In this document: one piece after another, positions 1 to 9,098 of the stretch
Position numbering within the stretch: position 1 is the stretch's first letter
Layout: every line of letters starts with the position of its first letter
Source of the DNA: Kiritimatiellia bacterium
GTDB taxonomy: Bacteria > Verrucomicrobiota > Kiritimatiellia > JAAZAB01
Assembly: GCA_040767085.1 (NCBI GenBank)
Contig: JAXGPF010000003.1
Coordinates: 448,001 to 512,000 of the forward strand
Direction: 5' to 3'
DNA: 64,000 nucleotides
Notes under the pieces: model-generated
The model's database searches: none
Told to the model about the DNA's origin: nothing
What the model saw: the letters and a program-made list of their open reading frames with translations, nothing else
Position numbers and translations under genes: made by a program

Positions 1-646
1 TCAACTTCCAGCGGGCCAGCCATGCAAGGTCGGCGTCGGTCATCGCCAACCCCCGACAGGCCAGGTCGGGCCAGTCGCGGATGGCTGGGAGCGGCACGAC
101 CAGCGGCGTCGCGGCAACGGCCGCGTCCGGCGGTTGGACCAATTGTGTCAGTGTGCGCGCGGCATACAGCAGCCCCAGGGAGGTATTGGCCATAATCCGC
201 AAATGCGCGGCGCCGGCCGCTGCTGGCAATTCGCTCCAAATGGCATACGCCTGGTCCTGGTTGGGAGTGGATTGGAGGAAGTCAACATGTTCTGATGGCA
301 GCGTCCCGGCGTCAGCTAGCTGTAAATGCAGCACGACCGCCGCCTGATCCGGCTGGCCCAGCGCCCAGGGCGCCAGCAGGCGGCGGATGGTTGCCGCCTC
401 CGGAGCGTCCCCCGGCAAGGCCGCCATATCCAAGGCCACCGCGCCGGCGGTTATTGCAAGCGCGCCGGTCACGCGAAGATGTTTAGGCAGGGGAATGACC
501 CGGTCAGCCCAGGGGATGGCGTCTTCCGCCGGCGGCCCGGGCAAACTCCCGTCCGCACCCAGCATGGCGGCGGCCAAACCGGCCAGTCCCAGCGTGACGA
601 CGCACCGCCTCACCCGGCCACCCCGCCTGTTGCCATTGATGATCAT
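1..646 (-). CDS. Exported glycoside hydrolase family 20-like protein (N-terminal domain 2); runs off the window edge
   Basis: Manual translation from ATG 646 is open to base 1: signal-peptide-like N-terminus, then VIPLPK...DQAYAI...GLLYAARTLTQL...IRDWPDLACRG, the typical GH20 domain-2 pattern. Missing from the ORF track because it has no stop in the window. Confidence 0.7.
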   Translation of the reverse strand, partial: MIINGNRRGGRVRRCVVTLGLAGLAAAMLGADGSLPGPPAEDAIPWADRVIPLPKHLRVTGALAITAGAVALDMAALPGDAPEAATIRRLLAPWALGQPDQAAVVLHLQLADAGTLPSEHVDFLQSTPNQDQAYAIWSELPAAAGAAHLRIMANTSLGLLYAARTLTQLVQPPDAAVAATPLVVPLPAIRDWPDLACRGLAMTDADLAWLARWKL

Positions 647-769
647 GTTTGCCCTTTGCTTGATTGGCCGGCTTACGTCAAACAACACAGCGCCGCTGAA
701 ATAGAATCATAAACACCGCCCGCTAAAACACCAATTGTAATTTTCGCCAATTTATTATAAATTATCGCC

Positions 770-1954
770 ATGCAACGCCCGCATAAATCGTCGGAAACCG
801 TGGCCGTCATCACCGTGAAAAACATGCCGCTCTGCCGCCACATGCACCAGGGCGTGGCCGATTATGCCGCGCGCCATGCCGGCTGGCGGCTGGAATTCAT
901 CTATCACAACAGCCCGCGCATGCGCACGCTCACTCCCGGCGTTTTTGGCGGGATCATCCTGACCAGCCTATTCCGCGATGCCATGCAACTGATCCGCGGC
1001 TGGCCGACGCCGCAGGTATGCATCAGCGGCAGCCGGAGCGGCACGCCGCCAAATTACCGCTTCCCTGTCATCCAGACCGACAATGCCGCCATCACCCGCA
1101 TGGCGGCGGAACACCTCTGGCGCCAGGGATGCCGCCGCCTGGTTTTTTATTGCATGCCGGCGGCCCTGGCGGACGGCACGGGCTGGCATGATGAACGCCG
1201 GACCGCTTTCCTGGAATGCGCGCAAAAATACGGCGCGGCGGATGGCACGGCTTTTTGCGGCCCCGCCAACATCCGCCCGCCGGACGATGCCTTCGCCATC
1301 ACGTTAAAATGGCTGCGGCGACTGCCGTTGCCGATTGGCATCATGGCCGCCAATGACGAACATGCCCGCATGTTGCTGGACGCCTGCGGCGAGCTCAAGC
1401 TGGAAGTTCCGCGCCAGGTGGCGGTGATCGGCGTGGATAACGATGAATTCATCTGCAATTTCACCGTGCCGCCGCTGTCAAGCGTCATCCAGAATGCCGA
1501 GCGCTCCGGCTTCGAAGCCGCGCGACTGCTGGACGCCCAGTTGCAGGGCCGGGCCGCGGAAAAATACATGCTGATGCCGCCCCGCGGCGTGGCCATCCGC
1601 CAGTCCACCGACCGCCTGGCCGTGAGCGATCCGGTGATGCGTAAGGCCATGGATTTCATCCGCCGGGATGCGCCGGGGCCAAACATCAGCGCCGCCGATG
1701 TTGCCGTCCGCGCGGGCATTTCGCGCGCCACGCTGAACAAGCAAGCGCGCCGCCTGACCGGGCAGACCATTCACGCCATCATCGCGGCGGAACGCCTGCG
1801 GCGCGCGCAGGCTTTATTGGAAAACACCAGCCTGCCCATGAAGCAGGTAGCGGGACAAGCCGGGTTCAGCTCCGTGCAATACATGCACAATATCTTCAAA
1901 AAGCAGACCGGCGGCAGCCCGGGCGATTGGCGGCGGCAGGCGCCGCCCCGCTGA
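770..1954 (+). CDS. XylR-type transcriptional regulator (periplasmic-binding-protein-like domain plus C-terminal AraC HTH)
   Basis: VPRQVAVIGVDNDE...PPLSSV sensor motif; C-terminal RAQALLENTSLPMKQVAGQAGFSSVQYMHNIFKKQTGGSPGDWR AraC signature. Confidence 0.9.
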   Translation: MQRPHKSSETVAVITVKNMPLCRHMHQGVADYAARHAGWRLEFIYHNSPRMRTLTPGVFGGIILTSLFRDAMQLIRGWPTPQVCISGSRSGTPPNYRFPVIQTDNAAITRMAAEHLWRQGCRRLVFYCMPAALADGTGWHDERRTAFLECAQKYGAADGTAFCGPANIRPPDDAFAITLKWLRRLPLPIGIMAANDEHARMLLDACGELKLEVPRQVAVIGVDNDEFICNFTVPPLSSVIQNAERSGFEAARLLDAQLQGRAAEKYMLMPPRGVAIRQSTDRLAVSDPVMRKAMDFIRRDAPGPNISAADVAVRAGISRATLNKQARRLTGQTIHAIIAAERLRRAQALLENTSLPMKQVAGQAGFSSVQYMHNIFKKQTGGSPGDWRRQAPPR

Positions 1955-2051
1955 TTTCAGCGCCGGCCCCCCTCCGGAAAACAACACGCCCCTCCGCGTC
2001 CGCCGGCATACGCCGCGGCCCGCGGAAGGGCGCTTAAGGAACTGAACCGTC

Positions 2052-2081
2052 ACGACATGCGCGCAACGGCGCGCATGTCGT
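2052..2081. terminator. Probable bidirectional terminator hairpin between convergent genes
   Basis: Perfect 13-bp stem ACGACATGCGCGC-AACG-GCGCGCATGTCGT between the stops at 1954 (+) and 2096 (-). Confidence 0.6.
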
Positions 2082-2095
2082 TGGTTAAAAGTTGC

Positions 2096-2497
2096 TTACG
2101 TCTTTTTGGGCACGGCGGTGTCGGCGTATTTGGATTCCTCGCCCACCACCACCAGATAGCCGTTGTCCACCAGCACCTGCAAGAGCGACGCCAAGGTCTC
2201 CTTGGTCATTTTCGATTCCGGGGCGACCACGACGGTGATGTACTGGCTGACTTTTTTCTGTTTCAAAATCTTGGGAATCTCGGAGACTTTGTAATTCTTG
2301 CCGTCCATCTCAAAAAGCTGGTCAACGGTCACCGTGGCGTAAATTTCCTCGGTGAACTGCAAGTCGCCGGCAGTCGCCGCCGTCGGCTTGAGCGCGGGCG
2401 CGGGTGCGGGTTTGACCGCGGATTTAGGCGTGGTCGAGCAGCCCGTCAAAAACGCAATCCCCACCGCTGCCACCGACATAATTAACAGGCGCTTCAT
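2096..2497 (-). CDS. Lipoprotein with a possible ExbD/TolR-like periplasmic domain
   Basis: MKR + hydrophobic stretch + LTGC lipobox, Pro/Ala linker; AGGAG SD upstream. The domain similarity is by eye only. Confidence 0.7.
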   Translation of the reverse strand: MKRLLIMSVAAVGIAFLTGCSTTPKSAVKPAPAPALKPTAATAGDLQFTEEIYATVTVDQLFEMDGKNYKVSEIPKILKQKKVSQYITVVVAPESKMTKETLASLLQVLVDNGYLVVVGEESKYADTAVPKKT

Positions 2498-2640
2498 AAC
2501 TCACTCTCCTTCTGTTGAACCCCGCCGCGTTCAGCCGCGGCAGGCACCAAGCCGCGCGGCACACGACAATTTAAACAAACTGGAGTAATGTTGATAAAAT
2601 CACCGCGATTGTCAAGCACTTTTTTCCAGGCAGTTTGGGC

Positions 2641-2853
2641 TTGCCTTATAGCGGCCGGCTTGATACTTTACTGGTTTTCACAAGGCGGATCGGGTCGGGC
2701 GCGGAAGCGCCGGCCCGACCGGCGGACAGATTTTTTGTCCGCCCCGCCAAATTAACAAGCCCGCAACGGCGGGCTGGAAGCGAGCGCCATCCCCGCCACC
2801 GGGACTGGCCAAAGCGGATTGTTCCCGACAGGGAACCAACCAAGGAGGTCGTT
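2641..2853 (+). promoter_or_regulatory. Putative sigma70 promoter and structured rpsB leader
   Basis: TTGCCT-17 bp-TACTTT at 2641-2669; four hairpins (2693-2720, 2721-2743, 2758-2775, 2821-2836) before the AGGAGG SD at 2843-2848. Confidence 0.4.
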
Positions 2854-3870
2854 GTGGCTGAAGCAGCATCCAAGCAGGAAGTCGTCAACATCGGAATCAA
2901 CGAATTGCTCGAAGCCGGCATGCACTTCGGGCATCAGAGCAAGCGCTGGAATCCGAAAATGAAGCGGTTCATCTTCGGCAAGCGCAACGGCATTTACATC
3001 ATCGATCTGACCAAGACCCTGGCCCAATTGCAACAGGCGCAGCAGTTCATTTACGAGACCGTGGCGCAAGGCCGCGGCATTTTGTTCGTGGGCACCAAGA
3101 AACAGGCCCAGGAAGCCATCAAGGAAGCGGCCACGCGCTGCGGCCAGCACTTTGTCAATAACCGCTGGCTGGGCGGCACCCTGACCAACCACCGCAACAT
3201 CCGCGTCAGCATCAAGCGCATGCAGCAGATTGAGGAGATGGAGAAAAAGGGCGCGATGGAAACCATGCCGATGAAGGAAGTCTCGCGTCTGCGCCACGAA
3301 CTGGCCCGGCACCAGCGTTTCCTCAGCGGACTGGCCAACATGAACGGCATGCCCGGCGCCATGGTGGTGATTGACGTCAACCGCGAATCCATCGCGGTCA
3401 AGGAAGCCAACCGGATGGGCATCCCGGTGGTGGCCACGGTGGACACGAATTGCGACCCGGACCCGATTGCCCATCCCATCCCCGGCAACGACGACTCCTC
3501 GCGGGCCGTGCGCCTGGTGCTGAATGTCATGGCCGACGCCATTATCCAGGCGTCCGCCGAATATGCCGCCGGCGCCGCCCAGCGCCAGGAGGACCAGGAA
3601 GCGCGCGCCAAGGAACGCGCCCTGCACAACGAGCAAACCGCGGCAGCCGACGCGGACGGCAAGTCCGATGCGACCCGGCCGCGCCCGCGCGGACGGCGCG
3701 ACGGCGACCGCGGCGGTGACCGCCGGCCGCGGCGCAGCGCCCCCGGCAGGTCTGATTCGCGGCCGGCGGAAGCCGGCGCCAAAAAAGCTCCGGCCAAGGC
3801 CGCGGCCAAGGCCGCCGCTCCGGCGCCAGCCGCCGAGGCAGCGCCCGCGCCCGCGAAATCAGCAGAGTAG
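2854..3870 (+). CDS. rpsB: 30S ribosomal protein S2
   Basis: LLEAGMHFGHQSKRWNPKM, ILFVGTKKQA, RWLGGTLTN, DTNCDPD, PGNDD; GTG start after AGGAGG; long low-complexity C-terminal tail. Confidence 0.98.
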   Translation: MAEAASKQEVVNIGINELLEAGMHFGHQSKRWNPKMKRFIFGKRNGIYIIDLTKTLAQLQQAQQFIYETVAQGRGILFVGTKKQAQEAIKEAATRCGQHFVNNRWLGGTLTNHRNIRVSIKRMQQIEEMEKKGAMETMPMKEVSRLRHELARHQRFLSGLANMNGMPGAMVVIDVNRESIAVKEANRMGIPVVATVDTNCDPDPIAHPIPGNDDSSRAVRLVLNVMADAIIQASAEYAAGAAQRQEDQEARAKERALHNEQTAAADADGKSDATRPRPRGRRDGDRGGDRRPRRSAPGRSDSRPAEAGAKKAPAKAAAKAAAPAPAAEAAPAPAKSAE

Positions 3871-3887
3871 TCCAGGCTTTGAACACT

Positions 3888-3951
3888 GAGGCGCTTTCAA
3901 AACTTCGGTTTTGAAGGAATTCAGAATTCAGGAGTCAGAATCCAGAATCAA
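3888..3951 (+). repeat. 64-bp dispersed repeat, copy 1 (hairpin plus heptamer run)
   Basis: 53/64 identical (hand alignment) to the reverse complement of 6354-6417; contains TTCAAAAC-N4-GTTTTGAA and TCAGAAT-type heptamers. Confidence 0.8.
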
Positions 3952-3976
3952 ATTTGTTAAGACAGGAAAGAGCACC

Positions 3977-4819
3977 ATGGAAATTTCAGCAGCATTGGTC
4001 AAGGAACTACGCGACGCCACCAACGTCGGCATGATGGAATGTAAACGCGCCCTCGTGGAAGCCAAGGGCGATAAGGCCGCGGCCATTAAGCTGCTGCGGG
4101 AACGCGGCATGGCCATCGCGGCTAAAAAATCCGGACGGGCGGCCAACCAGGGCGTCATCGCCTCGGCCATTATTGATGACGGCCGGACCGGCAGCCTGGT
4201 GGAAGTGAATTGCGAAACCGACTTCGTCGCCAAAAACGACGGTTTCCGGGCCTTCGTGCAGGAGTTGGCGGTGAAGGCGGCCGGAACCGACGGCCAGTTG
4301 GCGGAAACGTGCAAGACCGAGATTGTGGCTAAAATCGCGGAAATCGGGGAAAACATCCTGGCCCGCCGCAACCTGCGCTTCCAGGTTGCCGGCCCGGGCC
4401 GGGTGGCGTCTTACATCCACCATGGCAGCTCCATCGGCGTGCTGCTGGAAGCCGCGTGCGCCAAGCCGGAAACGGCCGACGCGGCCGTCATGGCGGATTT
4501 CCTGAAGGATGTCTGCATGCACATCGCCGCCTCGAGCCCGCGGTATGTTGACCGCGCCGCCGTCCCGCCGGCCGTTATCGCCGCCGAGCGCGAAATTTTC
4601 GCCAAGCAGGTGCAGGGTAAGCCCGCCAATATCATCGAAAAAATCGTGGACGGCAAGATGAACAAGTTTTACGAGCAAGTCTGCCTGCTCGAACAGCCTT
4701 TTGTGCGCGACCAGGAGCAGAAGGTGGGGCAACTGCTGCAACAGAAGAACAAGGAGGCCGGCGACACCATCGTCCTCCGCCGTTTCGCCCGCTTCCAGGT
4801 CGGCGAAGCGCTGGAATAA
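3977..4819 (+). CDS. tsf: Translation elongation factor Ts
   Basis: ISAALVKELRDATNVGMMECKRAL, EVNCETDFVAKN, MHIAA, CLLEQPFV; directly follows rpsB. Confidence 0.98.
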   Translation: MEISAALVKELRDATNVGMMECKRALVEAKGDKAAAIKLLRERGMAIAAKKSGRAANQGVIASAIIDDGRTGSLVEVNCETDFVAKNDGFRAFVQELAVKAAGTDGQLAETCKTEIVAKIAEIGENILARRNLRFQVAGPGRVASYIHHGSSIGVLLEAACAKPETADAAVMADFLKDVCMHIAASSPRYVDRAAVPPAVIAAEREIFAKQVQGKPANIIEKIVDGKMNKFYEQVCLLEQPFVRDQEQKVGQLLQQKNKEAGDTIVLRRFARFQVGEALE

Positions 4820-4825
4820 TCCATC

Positions 4826-5854
4826 ATGCGCCTGCCGGAAAAACTTTGGCGGATGGCCGGGATTCTGGCGGAATACCGGCTGCGCCGGGAACGCCTGCGC
4901 AGCCTGCCTTTGCGCCTCTGGATCGAGACGGCCAGTTGCTGCAACCTGCGCTGCATCATGTGCCCCAACCGGGACATGCCGGCGGCGCGCAAGGGGTTGA
5001 TGGAAATCGGCCTGTTCCGCAAGATCATTGACGAATGCGCCGCCTTTGCCGGCGATGTTTACCTGCACCACCGCGGCGAGCCGCTGCTGAATCCGGCGCT
5101 CTACGACATGATCAAGTACGCCCGCGCCGCGGGTCTGAAAACCCGGTTCCACAGCAACGGCACGTTGTTGAACGCCGAGCGCATTGATAAACTGCTGGAG
5201 GCCGGACCGGACTTGGTGTCGTTTTCCGTGGACGGTTTCGCCAAGGAGTCCTACGAGCAAATCCGCCAGGGCGCCAACTTCGAGCAAACCGTCGCCGGCA
5301 TCGTGCAACTGGCTGAAGCACGGCGCAAGCGCGGCCTGCGCCGGCCGTACCTGGTCATCGAAAAAATACGGTTCAACAATCCGGCCTTGAACTCCGAGAC
5401 GCCGGAAACCGCCGCCATCCGCGCGCGTTTCCTGGCGGCGGGCGTGGATGAAATCATCGAAAAACAGGAATACGTCTGGGCCGAGGAATCGGCGCCGGAA
5501 TGTGCGCAGCCGCAAGCTTTGAGCGCCTGCACTTTTCCCTGGTACGCCATGGTGGTCTGCTATGACGGCACGATCACCCCCTGCCCCCAGGATTTCCAGG
5601 CCGCCCTGAACATGGGCAATGCCCGGGAAAAATCCCTGCGTGAAATCTGGAATGACGCGCCTTACCGCGATTTACGCCGGGGATTCAAGACGGATATCCA
5701 ATCGCTGAGCCTCTGCCGTAAATGCGACCGGCTGCGCCGGCCGACCGTGGCCGGGGTGCCACTGCAATACATGGTCACGTTCCTGACCGACCAACTGGTC
5801 GGCTACAGCCGCTGGCGCAAGAAACTCGGCGCGCACGAGCGCAATCGGCAATGA
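4826..5854 (+). CDS. Radical SAM protein with SPASM/twitch domain
   Basis: CNLRCIMC (CxxxCxxC), GEPLL, C-terminal CTFPW...DGTITPC...MGN...SLREIWN...CRKC. Confidence 0.92.
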   Translation: MRLPEKLWRMAGILAEYRLRRERLRSLPLRLWIETASCCNLRCIMCPNRDMPAARKGLMEIGLFRKIIDECAAFAGDVYLHHRGEPLLNPALYDMIKYARAAGLKTRFHSNGTLLNAERIDKLLEAGPDLVSFSVDGFAKESYEQIRQGANFEQTVAGIVQLAEARRKRGLRRPYLVIEKIRFNNPALNSETPETAAIRARFLAAGVDEIIEKQEYVWAEESAPECAQPQALSACTFPWYAMVVCYDGTITPCPQDFQAALNMGNAREKSLREIWNDAPYRDLRRGFKTDIQSLSLCRKCDRLRRPTVAGVPLQYMVTFLTDQLVGYSRWRKKLGAHERNRQ

Positions 5855-5870
5855 ACCGATCTTCCGGGAT

Positions 5871-6417
5871 GAGTCTCTTTCAAAAGTGTTCAGTGTTCAG
5901 TGTTCAGTGTTCTACGACAACGTAATATGTGATATAGAACCAATAGCATCCCATAGAAAACCGCTTTATTTTCTCACAAAGACTCAAAGCCACAAAGAAG
6001 ATGGGATTATTTATTACGGAACCAGATAAGCGATTAGCCACCCGCCTTCGCTAAAGCTACGGCGGGCAAGCGCATGTACAGGAAAGAGCATGGATGTCAT
6101 GGAGTTGCAAGGGGATGTTGAAAACTGCCGCGCTGTCCGCTATGCGGACATGGCAGTCGTAAATAATCTGATTTTGTGCATCTTGCATTTTTGTGGCTAA
6201 TCTTGCTCTGCTTTGTGTGCCCAGTGGGTACGATGCCATTGCCAAAAAACCGGAACTTAAGATTATAAGCAATCTCCAATTTCCTTAAGAATATCGTCGT
6301 TTCCAGGTGATAAATTATATCTGTGGGATGACAGTGATATAGAACCATATATGTTAATTCTGAATTCTGACTCCTGAATCCGGAATTCATTCAAAACGTT
6401 AGTTTTGAAATTGGCTC
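5871..6417. mobile_element. AT-rich MITE-like composite element with nested small repeats
   Basis: Imperfect terminal inverted repeats GAGTCTCTTTCAAAA (5871-5885) and TTTTGAAATTGGCTC (6403-6417); (GTGTTCA)x3 from 5886; 14-bp direct repeat GTGATATAGAACCA at 5929 and 6334; hairpin CCCGCCTTCGCTAAAGCTACGGCGGG at 6041-6066; no convincing ORF. Confidence 0.5.
6354..6417 (-). repeat. 64-bp dispersed repeat, copy 2
   Basis: Reverse complement matches 3888-3951 at 53/64 positions. Confidence 0.8.
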
Positions 6418-6420
6418 GGA

Positions 6421-7605
6421 ATGAAAATACTTTTGCTCGCTCCCCACCCCTTCTACCGGGAACGCGGCACGCCCATCGCGGTCAACCTGCTGCTGCGCGC
6501 GCTTTCGGAACAGGGGCATCAGGTGGATGTCGTGACCTACCACCTCGGGACGGATGTCGCCTACCCCGGCATCACACTCCACCGCATCGCGCGCGTGCCC
6601 GGAATCCGCGACGTCCCGCCCGGTTTTTCCATCCGCAAGCTGATTTGCGACCTGTGGCTGCTGGCCAAGGCCTGGCGGCTGGCGACGCGCGGCGGCTATC
6701 AACTCGTCCACGCCGTGGAGGAATCCGTTTTTATCGCCATGCTGCTCAAAAAGATGCGGGGCCTTCCCTATGTCTGCGACATGGATTCCTCCATGCCCGC
6801 GCAGTTGGTCGAAAAATATCCCGCACTGCGGCTGATCGCGCCCGCCATGCGCCGGCTGGAAGGCGCCGCCGTGCGCCAGGCCCTGGCGGTGGTGGCCGTC
6901 TGCGACGCCCTGGCTAAGCTGGCGGCCGGCTACCAGGCGCGGCGGGTGTTTTTACTGCGCGATGTTTCGTTGCTGGAATTCGGGGAACCGCCGGCGCCTG
7001 GCGACAACCGCGAAGCCTTGCGCCGGGAACTGGGGATATCTGGCTTTTGCTTCATGTACATCGGCAACCTGGAAAAATATCAGGGGATAGACCTGCTGCT
7101 GGAGGCGTTGGCCCGATTGGTGCGGGCGGGCGGCGCCGGCGCCACCCTGGCCATTGTGGGCGGCGCGGCGGCCGACATTGCGCGCTACCGGCGGATGGCG
7201 GCATCCCTGGGCATCGGCCCGCAAACGGTTTTCACCGGACCGCAGCCGGTGGCCCGGATGGCGGCGCTTTTTCAGGCCGCGGACGCTTTGGTTTCCCCGC
7301 GCATCCGGGGCAACAACACCCCGATGAAGATTTACTCCTACATGGCCTCGGGCCGGCCGATCCTGGCCACCGACCTGCCGACGCATACCCAGGCGCTGAC
7401 GGCCAATGCGGCGCGGCTGGCGGCGCCGGAGCCGGCGGCGCTGGCCGAAGGCATGCGGGCCCTGATGGAAAATCCCGAGGATGGGCGGCGGCTGGCCGAG
7501 CGCGCGCGGCAACTGGCGGCCGAGCGCCACAGCGCGGCGGCCTTCCGCCAGGCCGCCGCGGAAATTTACCAATGGCTGGCCGGCGCGCTGGCCAAGGAAC
7601 CATAG
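6421..7605 (+). CDS. Glycosyltransferase family 4 (GT-B fold)
   Basis: MKILLLAP...GHQVDVVT, YIGNLEKYQGIDLLLEA, PMKIYSYMASGRPILATD. Confidence 0.93.
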   Translation: MKILLLAPHPFYRERGTPIAVNLLLRALSEQGHQVDVVTYHLGTDVAYPGITLHRIARVPGIRDVPPGFSIRKLICDLWLLAKAWRLATRGGYQLVHAVEESVFIAMLLKKMRGLPYVCDMDSSMPAQLVEKYPALRLIAPAMRRLEGAAVRQALAVVAVCDALAKLAAGYQARRVFLLRDVSLLEFGEPPAPGDNREALRRELGISGFCFMYIGNLEKYQGIDLLLEALARLVRAGGAGATLAIVGGAAADIARYRRMAASLGIGPQTVFTGPQPVARMAALFQAADALVSPRIRGNNTPMKIYSYMASGRPILATDLPTHTQALTANAARLAAPEPAALAEGMRALMENPEDGRRLAERARQLAAERHSAAAFRQAAAEIYQWLAGALAKEP

Positions 7606-7635
7606 CCCGCAGCACAACTGCCGGATTGAACGTAA

Positions 7636-7669
7636 CCTGAATCCGTGATGAGGCTCTCACGGATTCAGG
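7636..7669. terminator. Hairpin (terminator or REP-like) downstream of the GT4 gene
   Basis: Perfect 13-bp inverted repeat CCTGAATCCGTGA / TCACGGATTCAGG with an 8-nt loop; no U-tract. Confidence 0.45.
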
Positions 7670-8371
7670 CGTAATACGCCGCGCCAGGCTCCCGCCCACA
7701 ATTTCCGCAATACCCGGCCGGTGCGGTGTTCGGGGTTCTAATCACGGATGCAAGAGAATTATCCCTTGCAATTTAATACCGGCGGTATTACATCGCCAGT
7801 ATGATATCCATTAGAAATTTTCATGAATAATGCAGGCTAAACACCAAAAAAGGCGTATAATTTTCTATAATATATTTTTCTACAATCACTTACGGCTGCT
7901 TGACCACGTGTCCCCACAGAATATCGGAGGAATGACTGCATTCGGAGTTCGGTGTCCACTATCCCTGTGCGTTTACGACGTTTTCAAACCGGCGAAATCA
8001 GGCACTTTCACGCCGGCGGCGACAAATGGCCTGAAAAATATAACGGAGTGGAATTTTACCGGGTTTGGGGACGCTTGCCGGCGTGACGTGACCAGTATTG
8101 CCGCGCATTATGCTTGCATATCCGGCGGTTCGGGAATATAAAGTGGTGTGATTATGCCATGGTGTCTGTAGTGTCTGCCGGGGATTTGGCCGTGGTGCGT
8201 CTGGCTTGATGGTAGGCAGACAATGCTGGCGGGTGTGAGGGTATCTTGTTGGATAGTGTTTTTCCGACCAACAGATGCTATCCAGTAAAAAATGGCTAAT
8301 AAATGAGATAGCTCAGGATTTTAATGTTGCTTTTCCTGGATAAACGGCCGACAAAAGTGAACATCCCTGTT

Positions 8372-8390
8372 GGATAATATTATGTTCGGC
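8372..8390 (+). other. attI-like integron recombination site
   Basis: GGATAAT-ATTAT-GTTCGGC has the same TAA-N6-GTT spacing as attI1; GTTCGGC complements the R'' box GCCTAAC of the downstream attC at 6/7 positions, as expected at a cassette start. Confidence 0.5.
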
Positions 8391-8393
8391 AGG

Positions 8394-9023
8394 ATGAGAA
8401 TAATGCGATGTGACGTATGCAACACAGCAATAGCATCTGGCGCCGGAGAACGGGTAACGCCTGATGTCTTCAATTTCCTGCTAGACAACGGTTTTGGTCT
8501 TGATGAGACCAATATCAAGATGCTCACCGATGCCGGCATGCCGCGTTCTGCTGCCGAAGGGGCGCTAAGAGAGCAATACCGCCAGAGCAAGTCGGACTGG
8601 CTTCTCTGCGCCCACTGCGCAGCCAAGGCAAAGGCGGTTGTAGCCCAGAGCAGCGAGGAATGGGTCGATCCTCATTATTTGGCTGTCACCCGTACAGCCG
8701 AGGAAGTGGGGTTGGGATATGATATTGTCGGTGCACCTGTCGCATTGAGCCGTGCAGTTTGGAATGAATGCGTTGAATGGTCTGACCAAGATACGGAGCG
8801 CCAGACATATCAGGAGCAGGATGCCCGGCTTTGGGATGTCCTATTCACTGGTGGCGGCACATTACAGCTGAAGGTCAATGAGTTCCTGAAAGACCGAGTT
8901 CACCGGTATTCTGTGCAGTGCATCCCTCGCGATGGGAAGAGCACAGATGCCATCAAGATCAACTTGCTCGTAAGTCCGAGGAAGATTCGTGGGCAGATGT
9001 GGCTTGTAATAGACAAAGCCTAA
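8394..9023 (+). CDS. Gene-cassette ORF: N-terminal CxxC...CxxC region plus a DUF6573-like C-terminal domain
   Basis: CDVC...CAHC, then PVALSRAVWNECVEW...QEQDARLWDVL; the TAA stop lies inside the attC R'' box. The start could be 8394 or 8403. Confidence 0.7.
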   Translation: MRIMRCDVCNTAIASGAGERVTPDVFNFLLDNGFGLDETNIKMLTDAGMPRSAAEGALREQYRQSKSDWLLCAHCAAKAKAVVAQSSEEWVDPHYLAVTRTAEEVGLGYDIVGAPVALSRAVWNECVEWSDQDTERQTYQEQDARLWDVLFTGGGTLQLKVNEFLKDRVHRYSVQCIPRDGKSTDAIKINLLVSPRKIRGQMWLVIDKA

Positions 9024-9074
9024 CCAGCAGGTCCAGGCGACGCTTGACAGCGCGCCTGACCTGGACCGTTCGTT
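9018..9074 (+). mobile_element. Integron attC site (57 bp)
   Basis: R'' GCCTAAC, 5-nt spacer, L'' GGTCCAGG, central CG-A-CGC/GCG-CG stem, L' CCTGACC (leaves one extrahelical base in L''), 6-nt spacer, R' GTTCGTT. Confidence 0.88.
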
Positions 9075-9098
9075 ATGTACTCGATGGGTGGATAGGCG

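Noticed and set aside
400-420. Suspected frameshift in the GH20-like gene at the C5 run
   Set aside because: Recounting the run gives CCG GGG GAC on the minus strand; the frame stays open to the window edge.
7700-8370. Expected integron integrase upstream of the attI-like site; ORF 7830-8141
   Set aside because: No R-H-R-H-Y tyrosine recombinase fragments found by eye; the short ORF lacks an SD and recognisable motifs.
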